A DNA stretch of 32,000 bases. Source: Pantoea sp. Aalb (lineage in GTDB: Bacteria > Pseudomonadota > Gammaproteobacteria > Enterobacterales > Enterobacteriaceae). This document shows, in pieces, positions 1-11,880 of the stretch (the stretch's first letter is position 1; each line of letters opens with the position of its first letter). The translations under genes and the position numbers were made by a program. The notes below the pieces were generated by a model. That model was not told where the DNA came from and did no database searches. It saw only the letters and a program-made list of their open reading frames with translations. The stretch is taken from positions 24,811-56,810 of the forward strand of contig NZ_SZZU01000002.1 in assembly GCF_009829985.1 (NCBI RefSeq), in the 5' to 3' direction.

Positions 1-722
1 AATTTATAGTACCTCAGATAATATTAAAGCGTTTAATAGAGTCTACTCAATTTTCTATGGCTCATCAAGATGTTCGTTATTATCTTAATGGTATGTTATT
101 AGAAACAGAAGATAAAATTCTAAGAACAGTTGCTACTGATGGACATCGTTTAGCAGTGTGCTCTATTCCTATTAAGCAGTTATTACCAAATTATTCAGTT
201 ATTGTGCCTAGAAAAGCAATAATAGAATTAGCACGTCTTTTAGATGGTGGGGAAACTTCTATACAGATCCAAATAGGTAGTGGTAATATTCGTACATATG
301 TAGGAAATTTTATTTTTACATCTCGGTTAGTTGATGGACATTTTCCTAACTATCGTCGCGTATTGCCAAAAAATCCAGATAAAATATTGGAAGCCAATTG
401 TGACTTATTAAAACAAGCATTTGCCCGTGCAGCTATTATTTCGAATGAAAAATTTCGTGGTGTACGTCTTTATATTACTAAAAATCAGCTTAAAATAATC
501 GCCAATAATCCAGAACAAGAAGAAGCAGAAGAAATATTAGATGTCTACTATGATGGAAGTGACTTAGAAATAGGTTTTAATGTTAGTTATATACTTGATA
601 TATTAAATGCTTTAAAATGTGAAAAGGTGCGAATTCTATTAACAGATTCAATATCTAGTGTACAAATTGAAGATGTTGATAATCCTATATCAGTATATGT
701 TGTTATGCCAATGCGATTATAG
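1..722 (+). CDS. dnaN: DNA polymerase III beta sliding clamp, C-terminal ~240 codons. The 5' end lies outside the window.
   Basis: Frame 3 is open from nt 3 (FIVPQIILKRLIESTQFSMAHQDVRYYLNGMLLE...), so the Met at 57 in the ORF track is internal. The translation is nearly identical to the E. coli DnaN C-terminal half as I recall it (TVATDGHRLAVCS, SNEKFRGVRLY, NNPEQEEAEEILDV, ending VVMPMRL*). Confidence 0.95.
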   Translation, partial: FIVPQIILKRLIESTQFSMAHQDVRYYLNGMLLETEDKILRTVATDGHRLAVCSIPIKQLLPNYSVIVPRKAIIELARLLDGGETSIQIQIGSGNIRTYVGNFIFTSRLVDGHFPNYRRVLPKNPDKILEANCDLLKQAFARAAIISNEKFRGVRLYITKNQLKIIANNPEQEEAEEILDVYYDGSDLEIGFNVSYILDILNALKCEKVRILLTDSISSVQIEDVDNPISVYVVMPMRL

Positions 723-1092
723 ATTAATAAATTTAAATTGAATTGAATTGAATTTAACTATAAGATAAATAAGTTTTAGCTATTATGGTATTTTTTATTA
801 ATAAATATTCAAACTATCATTAAATATAATGACTAATATTACTAATTTAATATCATTTAATTAATGAAATATACAAATATACTCAATTGTTATCATTGAT
901 AATAATATCAAATAAAATAACTATTTTAGTTATATAGATCATGTTTAATATCTAAAATTAAATAACCATAATCGTCTGTTAATATAAAATTAAAGTATAT
1001 TTTTTATATATAGGATTTTTATCAAAGTCACTTTACTTTTAAATATGTATTTAAGAGTAAAATAGTAGTGATTTAATTTTAAACATTAGTGA

Positions 1093-3516
<2,424 letters not shown>

Positions 3517-3690
3517 TCTTTTAAACTTTACCTTAAAATATTTAACTGATTAATGTAAAAAGTAATATTTTTCTTAATTTTATTATTTTATAAGTTTTAC
3601 ATCAAAATAAACAAGTATTATTCAATTAATTATAACAATATCTTTCATTATAAGCTTTATAATAGTTTTATTTAATATAACATTAAAGAA

Positions 3691-3720
3691 AAAATAATGT
3701 ATATAATTATACATTATTTT
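3691..3720 (+). terminator. AT-rich hairpin downstream of gyrB, a possible weak and symmetric intrinsic terminator.
   Basis: Perfect 13-bp arms aaaataatgtata / tatacattatttt around a taat loop. The A4 and T4 arm ends could serve as a U-tract in either direction. It lies 175 nt after the gyrB stop. There is only one G:C pair, so function is uncertain. Confidence 0.3.
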
Positions 3721-3904
3721 AAGTTTATAGTAATTTTTTCATTAAAATAGAAATATAAATTTTATTTATATGACACCAGCATAGGATTACATGTATTTTA
3801 AGAGTTTTTTGCTAAATGTTAATATAATATAATATAAATTTTTCAATATATGTAATGACTAGATTTTACTGAATATATAATATTTATTAATATTAGGTTT
3901 TTCC

Positions 3905-4441
3905 ATGTTAGTAAAAGTCTTAACTTCAACATTAGTAGGGATAGATAATTTTTGCCAAGATCCTCTTACTTCAATGCTTAAAGCTGATAACGGTACATTA
4001 GCAATACTATGCCATAATATACCAGCATTTTATGCTATAACACCACAGCGATTAGCAAATTTATTAGCGTTAGAATCAAATTTTATTCAAAAAAATAATA
4101 TTTTTTTGAATAAAAATATTTTCAAAAGGCAAAATACAGAAAATTTTGCATCAGTAGGTAAATTTTCCATGTATCAAGGTTGGCATCCAGATATTGATTT
4201 TCAACGGCAAGCAGCGGTTTGGGGAATTACGTTAAAAGAACCGGTTACTACGAATGAATTAGCTGCTTTTATTACATATTGGGAAGCAGAAGGTTGTTTA
4301 TTTCATCATGTACAATGGCAACAAAAGTTAGCACGTCATGTACAAATGAATAGAATTATTAATAGTGGTTATTTCAAGCGTGATATCACTCAAATTAGTA
4401 ATACTGATTATGATATCCCCGATGGTTTTCGAGGTGAGTAA
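3905..4441 (+). CDS. dnaT: Primosomal protein DnaT (replication restart primosome protein I)
   Basis: 178 aa, collinear with E. coli DnaT (179 aa) as recalled: NxPAFYAxTPxRLAxLLALE, WGxxLxEPVTTxELAxFIxYWxAEGxxFHHVQWQQKLAR, C-terminal IPxGFRG. The stop TAA 4439-4441 overlaps the dnaC ATG (TAATG), as expected for a coupled dnaT-dnaC operon. Confidence 0.9.
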   Translation: MLVKVLTSTLVGIDNFCQDPLTSMLKADNGTLAILCHNIPAFYAITPQRLANLLALESNFIQKNNIFLNKNIFKRQNTENFASVGKFSMYQGWHPDIDFQRQAAVWGITLKEPVTTNELAAFITYWEAEGCLFHHVQWQQKLARHVQMNRIINSGYFKRDITQISNTDYDIPDGFRGE

Positions 4442-5181
4442 TGAAAACACCGAATGATCTTTTCAATCGTTTTAAAAAAATCATTCCTTCTAATGTAGAA
4501 CCAAAATTTAAAAGTGGTAAAGAACTATTAGCTTGGAACCAAGAACAAGGACGTTTACGTTCTGAAGCAATTGTTCGTGAAAATCGTGCTATGAAAATGC
4601 AGCGTATTATGGGACATTCTGGCATTAGAGAATTACATATGAATTGCTCTTTTGATAACTATCGAATAGAAAATGATGGACAACGTAAAGCGTTAAATTT
4701 AGCACGTGAATATGCTGCTAGTTTTCAAAATAGTATTGCTAGTTTTGTTTTTTCTGGTCGTCCTGGAACAGGTAAGAATCATTTAGCAGCAGCAATAGGT
4801 AATGACTTAATTTTACGTGGTAAAAGTGTATTAATAGTAACTGTAGCTGATTTAATGTCTAGTATCAAAGGAACTTTCAGTGGAGGAAGTAATATTACAG
4901 AAGAATGTTTATTATATGATCTGAGTCATGTTGATTTACTAGTAATAGATGAAATAGGTATGCAAAGTGAATCTCGTTATGAAAAAGTGATTATTAATCA
5001 AATTGTTGATCGTCGTTCTTCTTCAAAACGTCCTACTGGTATGCTTTCTAACTTAGATCCTTCTGGTATGAATACATTGTTTGGAGAACGTGTAATGGAT
5101 CGTATGCGTTTAGGAAATAGTTTATGGGTGCGTTTTGATTGGGAAAGCTACCGTAGTCGCGTACGAGGAGATGAATACTAA
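4441..5181 (+). CDS. dnaC: DNA replication protein DnaC (DnaB helicase loader)
   Basis: 246 aa. Walker A is SGRPGTGKNHLAAAIGN and Walker B is LLVIDEIG. The blocks ELLAWNQEQG, RENRAMKMQR, VIINQIVDRRSSSKRPTGMLSN and the C-terminus WESYRSRVRGDEY match E. coli DnaC (245 aa). Confidence 0.95.
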   Translation: MKTPNDLFNRFKKIIPSNVEPKFKSGKELLAWNQEQGRLRSEAIVRENRAMKMQRIMGHSGIRELHMNCSFDNYRIENDGQRKALNLAREYAASFQNSIASFVFSGRPGTGKNHLAAAIGNDLILRGKSVLIVTVADLMSSIKGTFSGGSNITEECLLYDLSHVDLLVIDEIGMQSESRYEKVIINQIVDRRSSSKRPTGMLSNLDPSGMNTLFGERVMDRMRLGNSLWVRFDWESYRSRVRGDEY

Positions 5182-5280
5182 TATTCGTATGTTATTGCTA
5201 ATAATAAATTTATACTTCATAATAATTCTTATAATATTAAGTATTTTTATTTAGTTTTAATAAACCTAAAATTTATTAAT

Positions 5281-6684
5281 TTAAGTATTACTATTTAATT
5301 TATTTGATAAGACATTATTGATCTTTTCTAAAGACATACCAGTAGTTTCTGGTAAATAACGAAAAGTAAATAAGTATATAAATAACGAAAAGATTGCAAA
5401 TAGTAATAATGGAAAACCACCGTGAAATTTATGGATTAATAAAGTATTACTGTTAAGAATTGGAAATATAGTACTTATTACAAAATTTGTGAGTGACATA
5501 GTACAGATACAAATACCCATGCACATAGATCGAATTTTAGTTGGAAAAATCTCACTTAGTACTGTCCATACAACTTGTCCCCAAGTCATACCAAAAAAAA
5601 TCATATAAGAAACCAAACCAAATATTGCGATTAAACCCGATAAATGATAGTAAAAAGTAATAAATGAATAAGTAAGACAAATATAGGAAGCTAATGCACC
5701 TAGTAATAATAATTTACGACGGCCTATTTTATCTATAAGTGTCATTCCTATTAAAATACCAATAAATTGACATATTGATAACCAAAACGTTTGTAATAAT
5801 GCATGGTCCATGTTAGAAGAAATATTTTTTAATAAGATTGGTCCGAAATATTGAATTACATTAATACCACTAATTTGATTTCCTACAGCTAATCCAATAC
5901 CAATTACTAGTAATGATATAGTAGCTTTATCCAACGATAAATTAGACTTATAATTTTGATTTTTATTACTTAAAAATGAATATTTGATTTCTTTAAATAC
6001 TATTTTTGCATGTTTGTAATTTGATATTTTTATTAATGTATCTAACGCTTCATTATATTGTCCTTTTAGTATATTCCAGCGTGGGGATTCTGGAATAAAT
6101 ACAAGAAAAAAAATAAATAATATACAAGGTAATAATGCCGTTACTAAGATATAACGCCAACCTATTTCTACCATTATTTCAGGTAAAATAGATTTAGTTA
6201 TAAAATAATTAGTTAATAATACTACTGACTGTCCTCCTACACAACATACTGCATATAATGCAGTAGTTCGCCCACGAAATTTAGATGGTGAAAGCTCTGC
6301 TAAATAAATTGGCGAAATTACTGAAGCTAAACCAATAGCTAGACCACCAATAATTCGAAAAATAACAAAAATATCAAAATCATATGCTAAAGAAGTTCCT
6401 ATAACAGATAAACTAAATAATAGAGCAGTAATTGATAGTGATTTTTTACGTCCAAAAGTATCACTTAATCTTGGAGCAATAAGACATCCTATCAAACTTC
6501 CTAGCAAAATATTTGAAACAGCCCAACCAGTTTTAGATGGTGTTAATTGAAAATAATTACTTAAAGGTTCGATTGCTCCAGATATAATTGAAGAGTCATA
6601 TCCCATTAATAGCCCACCAAATGAAGCAGTAATACAACAAAGTATTATATACTGCATATTATAATATGTTTGTTTATTAGGCAT
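5281..6684 (-). CDS. MFS sugar-porter family transporter, XylE-like sugar:H+ symporter
   Basis: 467 aa, hydrophobic throughout. Sugar-porter signatures are present: GRKKS, IPESPRW, LSEIFPTKIRS, PETTGMSLEKI. The best recalled resemblance is to E. coli XylE (GGLLxGYDxxxISG, FRIIGGLAIGLASVISPIYLAELSP, GWRY, ALLQT, HKFHGGF versus AHFHNGF). An AGGGA Shine-Dalgarno lies about 6 nt before the ATG on the minus strand. Substrate cannot be inferred. Confidence 0.85.
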   Translation of the reverse strand: MPNKQTYYNMQYIILCCITASFGGLLMGYDSSIISGAIEPLSNYFQLTPSKTGWAVSNILLGSLIGCLIAPRLSDTFGRKKSLSITALLFSLSVIGTSLAYDFDIFVIFRIIGGLAIGLASVISPIYLAELSPSKFRGRTTALYAVCCVGGQSVVLLTNYFITKSILPEIMVEIGWRYILVTALLPCILFIFFLVFIPESPRWNILKGQYNEALDTLIKISNYKHAKIVFKEIKYSFLSNKNQNYKSNLSLDKATISLLVIGIGLAVGNQISGINVIQYFGPILLKNISSNMDHALLQTFWLSICQFIGILIGMTLIDKIGRRKLLLLGALASYICLTYSFITFYYHLSGLIAIFGLVSYMIFFGMTWGQVVWTVLSEIFPTKIRSMCMGICICTMSLTNFVISTIFPILNSNTLLIHKFHGGFPLLLFAIFSLFIYLFTFRYLPETTGMSLEKINNVLSNKLNSNT

Positions 6685-6825
6685 ATTAATCCCTTTATTT
6701 CTATTATTTATTATAATACATTATAAAGTATTACTTTATAAGTAATCTACTTAAACAGAATAGATGTTATTATTTTTTATATATAATAAAATTTTAAATA
6801 TTTATTGTTCTATTAGCTAATCATT

Positions 6826-6851
6826 AAATTTATTTAAATTTAAATAAATTT
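6826..6851. repeat. Perfect 26-bp spacerless palindrome in the divergent transporter/glyQ intergenic region
   Basis: aaatttatttaaa|tttaaataaattt. All 13 arm positions are complementary (checked base by base). It is built from alternating A3/T3 tracts. Confidence 0.6.
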
Positions 6852-7140
6852 TTATTATATTAAAGAATGATATTAATTATATTAAGTAAATTACTACTTA
6901 TAGTATTTTTAATAAAATCAAGTCTTTCTATACTAGTTATAAGTAAAATTTAATTGTTGTTATTTTGAATAATGATATAATAAGGAGATTTATGAATTTT
7001 AAATATTAGAATTGATATCGATATTATTCGAACCGTGAGATAATAAAAATCCTAATATTTTAACTACATAATGCAAATTAAACAGTGTATAGTATTAATA
7101 CTTTTTGATTTAATATAATTATATTGCGTACAAATTTAAT

Positions 7141-8064
7141 ATGCAACATTTTGATATCAATACTTTTCAAGGTTTAATTATGGCCTTGCAAAATTATTGG
7201 ATGGGTCATGGCTGTACTATAATTCAACCTCTAGACATAGAAATAGGAGCTGGTACTTCTCATCCAATGACTTGTTTACGTGCATTAGGTCCTGAACCAA
7301 TTTCTATTGCTTATGTACAACCATCTCGTCGTCCTACTGACGGGCGTTATGGAGAAAATCCAAATCGTTTACAACATTACTATCAGTTTCAGGTAATAAT
7401 TAAGCCATCTATTAGTACTCTTCAAGATCTATATCTTGAATCTTTAAAATATTTAAATATAGATTTAAATATGAATGATGTCCGTTTTGTAGAAGATAAC
7501 TGGGAAAATCCAACTCTTGGAGCTTGGGGATTAGGATGGGAAGTACGGTTAAATGGTATGGAGATAACACAGTTTACTTATTTTCAACAAGTGGGTAGCA
7601 TGGAGTGTCGCCCTATAACTGGTGAAATTACATATGGTTTAGAACGTTTAGCAATGTACATTCAGGGAGTAGATAACGTTTATGATCTTATTTGGAGTCA
7701 TAGTTCTCTAGGAAAAATTACTTATGGAGACCTCTTTTTTCAAAACGAATTAGAACAATCTAGTTATAATTTTGAGCATGCAGATATTAATTTTCTTTTT
7801 AATTGTTTCGAACAATATGAAAAAGAAGCTCAACAACAATTGTCGTTAAAAAAACCTCTGAGTGTACCAGCTTATGAATGTATTTTAAAGGCAGCACATA
7901 TCTTTAACATTTTAGAATCACGTAAAGCAATTTCAGTAACTGAACGTCAACATTATATTATTCGTATTCGTACTGTCACTAAAGCTGTTGCTAAATCTTA
8001 CTATGCTTCCCGTAAAGCACTCGGATTCCCAATGTGTAATAAAAATAATTTAAGATTTAATTAA
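7141..8064 (+). CDS. glyQ: Glycine--tRNA ligase alpha subunit
   Basis: 307 aa. The run [20 protein letters not shown]...[18 protein letters not shown]...[26 protein letters not shown]...[20 protein letters not shown] is almost identical to E. coli GlyQ. The stop overlaps the glyS ATG (TAATG at 8062-8066). Confidence 0.97.
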   Translation: MQHFDINTFQGLIMALQNYWMGHGCTIIQPLDIEIGAGTSHPMTCLRALGPEPISIAYVQPSRRPTDGRYGENPNRLQHYYQFQVIIKPSISTLQDLYLESLKYLNIDLNMNDVRFVEDNWENPTLGAWGLGWEVRLNGMEITQFTYFQQVGSMECRPITGEITYGLERLAMYIQGVDNVYDLIWSHSSLGKITYGDLFFQNELEQSSYNFEHADINFLFNCFEQYEKEAQQQLSLKKPLSVPAYECILKAAHIFNILESRKAISVTERQHYIIRIRTVTKAVAKSYYASRKALGFPMCNKNNLRFN

Positions 8065-10142
8065 TGGAAAAGAAAAATTTTTTAGTAGAAATTGGCACAG
8101 AAGAATTACCACCAAAATCTTTATACAGTTTAGCACAATCCTTTGCTATTTTCTTCTGTGATGAACTAGATAAGGTTAATTTAAGTTATACTAAAGTAAC
8201 TTGGTTTGCTACGCCACGACGTCTAGCTTTAATAGTTACACAACTTAATATTTTTCAACCTGATCAAATAATTGAAAAAAAAGGACCTACTATTTCTACA
8301 GCTTTTAATGATGATGGTAATGCAACTAAGGCAGCTTTATGTTGGGCACATAGTAATGGCATTACAGTAGATCAAGCTGAACGTTTAATTATAGGTAAGG
8401 ATAAAAGGTTAGTATATCGTTCTTTGGTAAAAGGTGAAAGTACCAAAGTATTACTTCCAATTTTGCTTATTAAAGTACTACGTAAACTACCAATTCCAAA
8501 ACCTATGCGTTGGGGTAAAGGTGAAGTAGAATTTATTCGTCCTGTTCATACAATAACTATGTTGTTAGGAGATGAAATAATTTCAGAGAATATATTAGGG
8601 ATTAATTCAGATCGCGTAATTTACGGTCATAGATTTATGGGTGAGGCTAAGTTAATTTTAGATCATGCCAATCAGTATCCTCAATTATTATTAGAGTGTG
8701 GTAAAGTAATAGCCGATTATGCGGTACGTAAAGCTAAAATTAAAAGAGATGTAGAAGCTATAGCTTACAATTTAGGGGGATACGCAGATATAAGCGATAG
8801 TCTATTAGAAGAAGTAACTTCGTTAGTAGAGTGGCCAGTAATATTAATGGGGAAATTTAATAAAAAATTTCTTGCTATACCGACAGAAGCACTAGTTTCG
8901 ATCATGAAAAACGATCAAAAGTATTTTCCAATATACTCTAATAATAAAAAATTACTACCTAATTTTATATTTGTTGCTAACATTGAATCAAGAAATCCAC
9001 AGAAAATTATCATTGGCAATGAGCATGTAGTACGATCACGTTTGACTGATGCAGAGTTTTTCTTTAATCTTGATTGTAAAAACTCTTTAGAAAGTAAAAT
9101 TCCTCATTTAAAAAGTATTTTATTTCATAAAGACTTAGGGACATTAAGCGATAAAACTAATCGTATTCAATTATTGGCCTGTTGGATTTCTAAGCAGATT
9201 GGAGCAGATATAAATCATACTATCCGTGCTAGTTTACTTTCTAAATGTGATCTCTTAACGAAGATGGTATTTGAATTTCCAGATACACAAGGCGCTATGG
9301 GTATGTATTATGCACGTTATGATGGTGAACCTGAAGATGTAGCTATAGCGATTCATGAACAATATCATCCACGTTTTGCTGGTGATTCTTTGCCCTCTAC
9401 ATTAATTGCTTGTTCTGTAGCTATTGCTGATAAAATTGATACTCTCGTAGGTATTTTTAGTATTAGTTTAAATCCAAAAGGAAAAGGAGATAAAGATCCT
9501 TTTGCATTGCGCCGTATTGCATTAGGCATACTGAGAATTATTGTTGAAAAAAAGTTACCTTTAGATTTAGAAAATTTAGTAAAAAAAACTGTATATCAAT
9601 ATGGTGAAAAAATAAAAAATTCAAATATTGTGGATGAAGTTATTAATTTTATATTTAATCGTTTTTATACTTGGTATAAACACAAAGGATATACTATAGA
9701 TATTATTCAAGCTGTATTAGCTTGTCGTCCAATGCGTCCAATAGATTTTGATGCACGTATACAAGCAATTGCATATTTACGTAATATGAAAAAAGTTAAC
9801 GCTTTAATTATAGTTAATAAACGTATTTGTAATATTGTGGCTAAATCTAAAGAAAAATTGAATACTAATATTCAAAGATCTCTTTTAAAAGAAAAAGAAG
9901 AGATTGAATTGTCAATATTTATCGTTGAATTAGAAAATAAACTGAAACCTCTATTAATAGAAAATCGTTATCAAGATGCGTTGATTGAATTAATGCAATC
10001 AATTGATTTAATAAATAATTTTTTTAATAATATTATGGTAAACGTTAGTAACACTGCATTACGTATTAATCGTCTAACAATACTAGTAAAACTAAGAAAA
10101 TTATTTCTTTATATTGCAGATATTTCCTTGCTTCAGTTATAG
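8064..10142 (+). CDS. glyS: Glycine--tRNA ligase beta subunit
   Basis: 692 aa (E. coli GlyS is 689). The N-terminus FLVEIGTEELPPK matches. It is translationally coupled to glyQ and collinear throughout (ATPRRLAL, VRSRLTDAEFFF, DPFALRR). Confidence 0.95.
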   Translation: MEKKNFLVEIGTEELPPKSLYSLAQSFAIFFCDELDKVNLSYTKVTWFATPRRLALIVTQLNIFQPDQIIEKKGPTISTAFNDDGNATKAALCWAHSNGITVDQAERLIIGKDKRLVYRSLVKGESTKVLLPILLIKVLRKLPIPKPMRWGKGEVEFIRPVHTITMLLGDEIISENILGINSDRVIYGHRFMGEAKLILDHANQYPQLLLECGKVIADYAVRKAKIKRDVEAIAYNLGGYADISDSLLEEVTSLVEWPVILMGKFNKKFLAIPTEALVSIMKNDQKYFPIYSNNKKLLPNFIFVANIESRNPQKIIIGNEHVVRSRLTDAEFFFNLDCKNSLESKIPHLKSILFHKDLGTLSDKTNRIQLLACWISKQIGADINHTIRASLLSKCDLLTKMVFEFPDTQGAMGMYYARYDGEPEDVAIAIHEQYHPRFAGDSLPSTLIACSVAIADKIDTLVGIFSISLNPKGKGDKDPFALRRIALGILRIIVEKKLPLDLENLVKKTVYQYGEKIKNSNIVDEVINFIFNRFYTWYKHKGYTIDIIQAVLACRPMRPIDFDARIQAIAYLRNMKKVNALIIVNKRICNIVAKSKEKLNTNIQRSLLKEKEEIELSIFIVELENKLKPLLIENRYQDALIELMQSIDLINNFFNNIMVNVSNTALRINRLTILVKLRKLFLYIADISLLQL

Positions 10143-10674
10143 ATTAAAAATCTAAATGTAACTATTGAAATTAGTTTTTTTATTTATTTTAAGAATTTAA
10201 ATATTATCTATTTGATATAGATATTATGAAATAATAATAACATTAATATTGCTTATATTTAAAAAATAAAAATTTTTAATGAGTTATTTTTAAATAAATT
10301 TGTTTCAATTAATAAATATTAAGATTATTCATATGGTAGAGAAATATATTTTTAGTATTATACTTACATATTATAATTATAATATATATACGTATACACT
10401 ATAATTAACTTATTAGAGTTATATGTAATTAATCTAATAATTATATATTTTTATAATTTTATTAATTATTTTTTATTAATTATTTTTAAGTTTTTATTAG
10501 AAGATTTTCACATGTTATTATGGATTTAATGAAATTAAATATTAATTATATTTAATCCATCTATTCATTTTAGAGTATTATTAAAAATATTTTATATACT
10601 TACATCTGTATAATGAGTAATGAATTTAGAAAATAAGAAATATTCTATTAAACTAATTTCTTCTAGAGATAACA

Positions 10675-11496
10675 GTGAAAATAAAAAAACAAAAAAATAA
10701 TAAAAATATTAGTTCAATGACTGGTGTACATCAAACACAAATATGGAAGAATGATACTAATCCAATAAAAAATGATTGGGTAGCTAAAGAAGTACCAGTA
10801 GCATTAGTTTATAATGGTATTTCTCATGTAGTTATAATGGCTACACCTAGTAATTTAGAAAAGTTAGCTATTGGGTTTTCTTTATCCGAAGGGATTATTT
10901 TAGATCTAAATGATATTTTTAATATAGATATAGTATCAAGTTATAATGGTATTCAAATACAAATAGAAATATCTAATCGTCGTTTCATGGCATTAAAAAA
11001 ATACCGCCGTATGATCACTGGTCGTACAGGATGTGGTATATGTGGTGTGGAACATTTAGACTATATTAGTAAACCTATTAAATCTTTACCATTTACTCAA
11101 AAATTTAATATAATAAACCTTGAGGTAGGACTAAAACAACTACGGTGTTACCAACCTATTGGTAAGTTAACTGGATGTACACATATAGCAGCATGGATGT
11201 CACCTCATGGAGATTTAATTAGTGCTTATGAAGATATAGGCCGTCATGTAGCTTTAGATAAGTTACTTGGTTATCGTAGTCAAAATCATTGGTATGAAGG
11301 AGCAGTATTAATATCGAGTAGAGCCAGTTATGAAATAGTTCAAAAATCCGCTATGTGCGGCGTAGAAATTTTATTTGCTATATCTGCCGTCACTCAATTA
11401 GCTATTGATGTAGCCAAAAATTGCAACTTAACTTTAGTAGGATTTAGTAAGTCTACTAATGCTACGATTTATAGTTATCCACAGCGAATATTTTAA
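10675..11496 (+). CDS. fdhD: Formate dehydrogenase accessory sulfurtransferase FdhD
   Basis: 273 aa from GTG 10675; there is no in-frame ATG before residue 15. [80 protein letters not shown] and NLTLVGF are collinear with E. coli FdhD (277 aa). Confidence 0.92.
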   Translation: MKIKKQKNNKNISSMTGVHQTQIWKNDTNPIKNDWVAKEVPVALVYNGISHVVIMATPSNLEKLAIGFSLSEGIILDLNDIFNIDIVSSYNGIQIQIEISNRRFMALKKYRRMITGRTGCGICGVEHLDYISKPIKSLPFTQKFNIINLEVGLKQLRCYQPIGKLTGCTHIAAWMSPHGDLISAYEDIGRHVALDKLLGYRSQNHWYEGAVLISSRASYEIVQKSAMCGVEILFAISAVTQLAIDVAKNCNLTLVGFSKSTNATIYSYPQRIF

Positions 11497-11747
11497 TTCT
11501 TAATCATTTCTAAATCATTTCTAAATATAAGAATATTAAATTTATTTCTATAATCTATATTATTAATATTAGAATAATGCCAATCGTTAGCTTGTTATAG
11601 TTATTTTAATATGATAATATACAGATATTTATCATATTATTTAATTTTATAAAAGCATTAGAAATAAAATGTTTTTATTTATTAAATATAATCTATTTCT
11701 GAAAAATAACATAATATATAACTACTATATTTGAATATACGTAAGTT

Positions 11748-11780
11748 ATTATGTATTTATTTTTTCAATAAATACATAAT
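11748..11780. repeat. 14-bp perfect inverted repeat about 100 nt upstream of sodA, either a candidate operator or an fdhD-distal hairpin.
   Basis: attatgtatttatt - ttttc - aataaatacataat, with arms 11748-11761 and 11767-11780 checked base by base. Confidence 0.4.
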
Positions 11781-11880
11781 TTTATATCTTATAATTTTCT
11801 TATTTATTTTATATTTTATAGGTTTCTATAAAATAAGACTTATTTATGTAAAAATAATAAATAAACATTAAGAGGTCAAT

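Noticed and set aside
737-754. (ATTGA)3ATT micro-repeat downstream of dnaN, with a shorter copy (attgaattgaatt) at 23248-23260 downstream of dapF.
   Set aside because: Only 13-18 nt of low-complexity pentamer repeat shared between two sites. That is insufficient to call a dispersed repeat family or a regulatory motif.
888-910. Fur-box-like or dyad sequence ttatca-t-tgataa followed by taatatca, about 200 nt upstream of gyrB.
   Set aside because: Only a 6+6 dyad with a partial match to the GATAATGATAATCATTATC consensus. Such matches are expected by chance at this A/T content, and gyrB is not a known Fur target.
10143-10674. Imperfect 11-bp inverted repeat atggatttaat ... atttaatccat (one mismatch, about 20-nt loop, near 10521-10560) and a weak 5-bp hairpin plus T-run just after the glyS stop.
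   Set aside because: The stems are short or mismatched and of low significance. They are noted but not called as terminators.
11475-11483. Perfect consensus DnaA box TTATCCACA.
   Set aside because: It is a single copy, inside the fdhD coding sequence (codons for SYPQ, where E. coli has the equivalent HPQR). There are no neighbouring boxes, no AT-rich 13-mers and no GATC cluster. This is not an origin.
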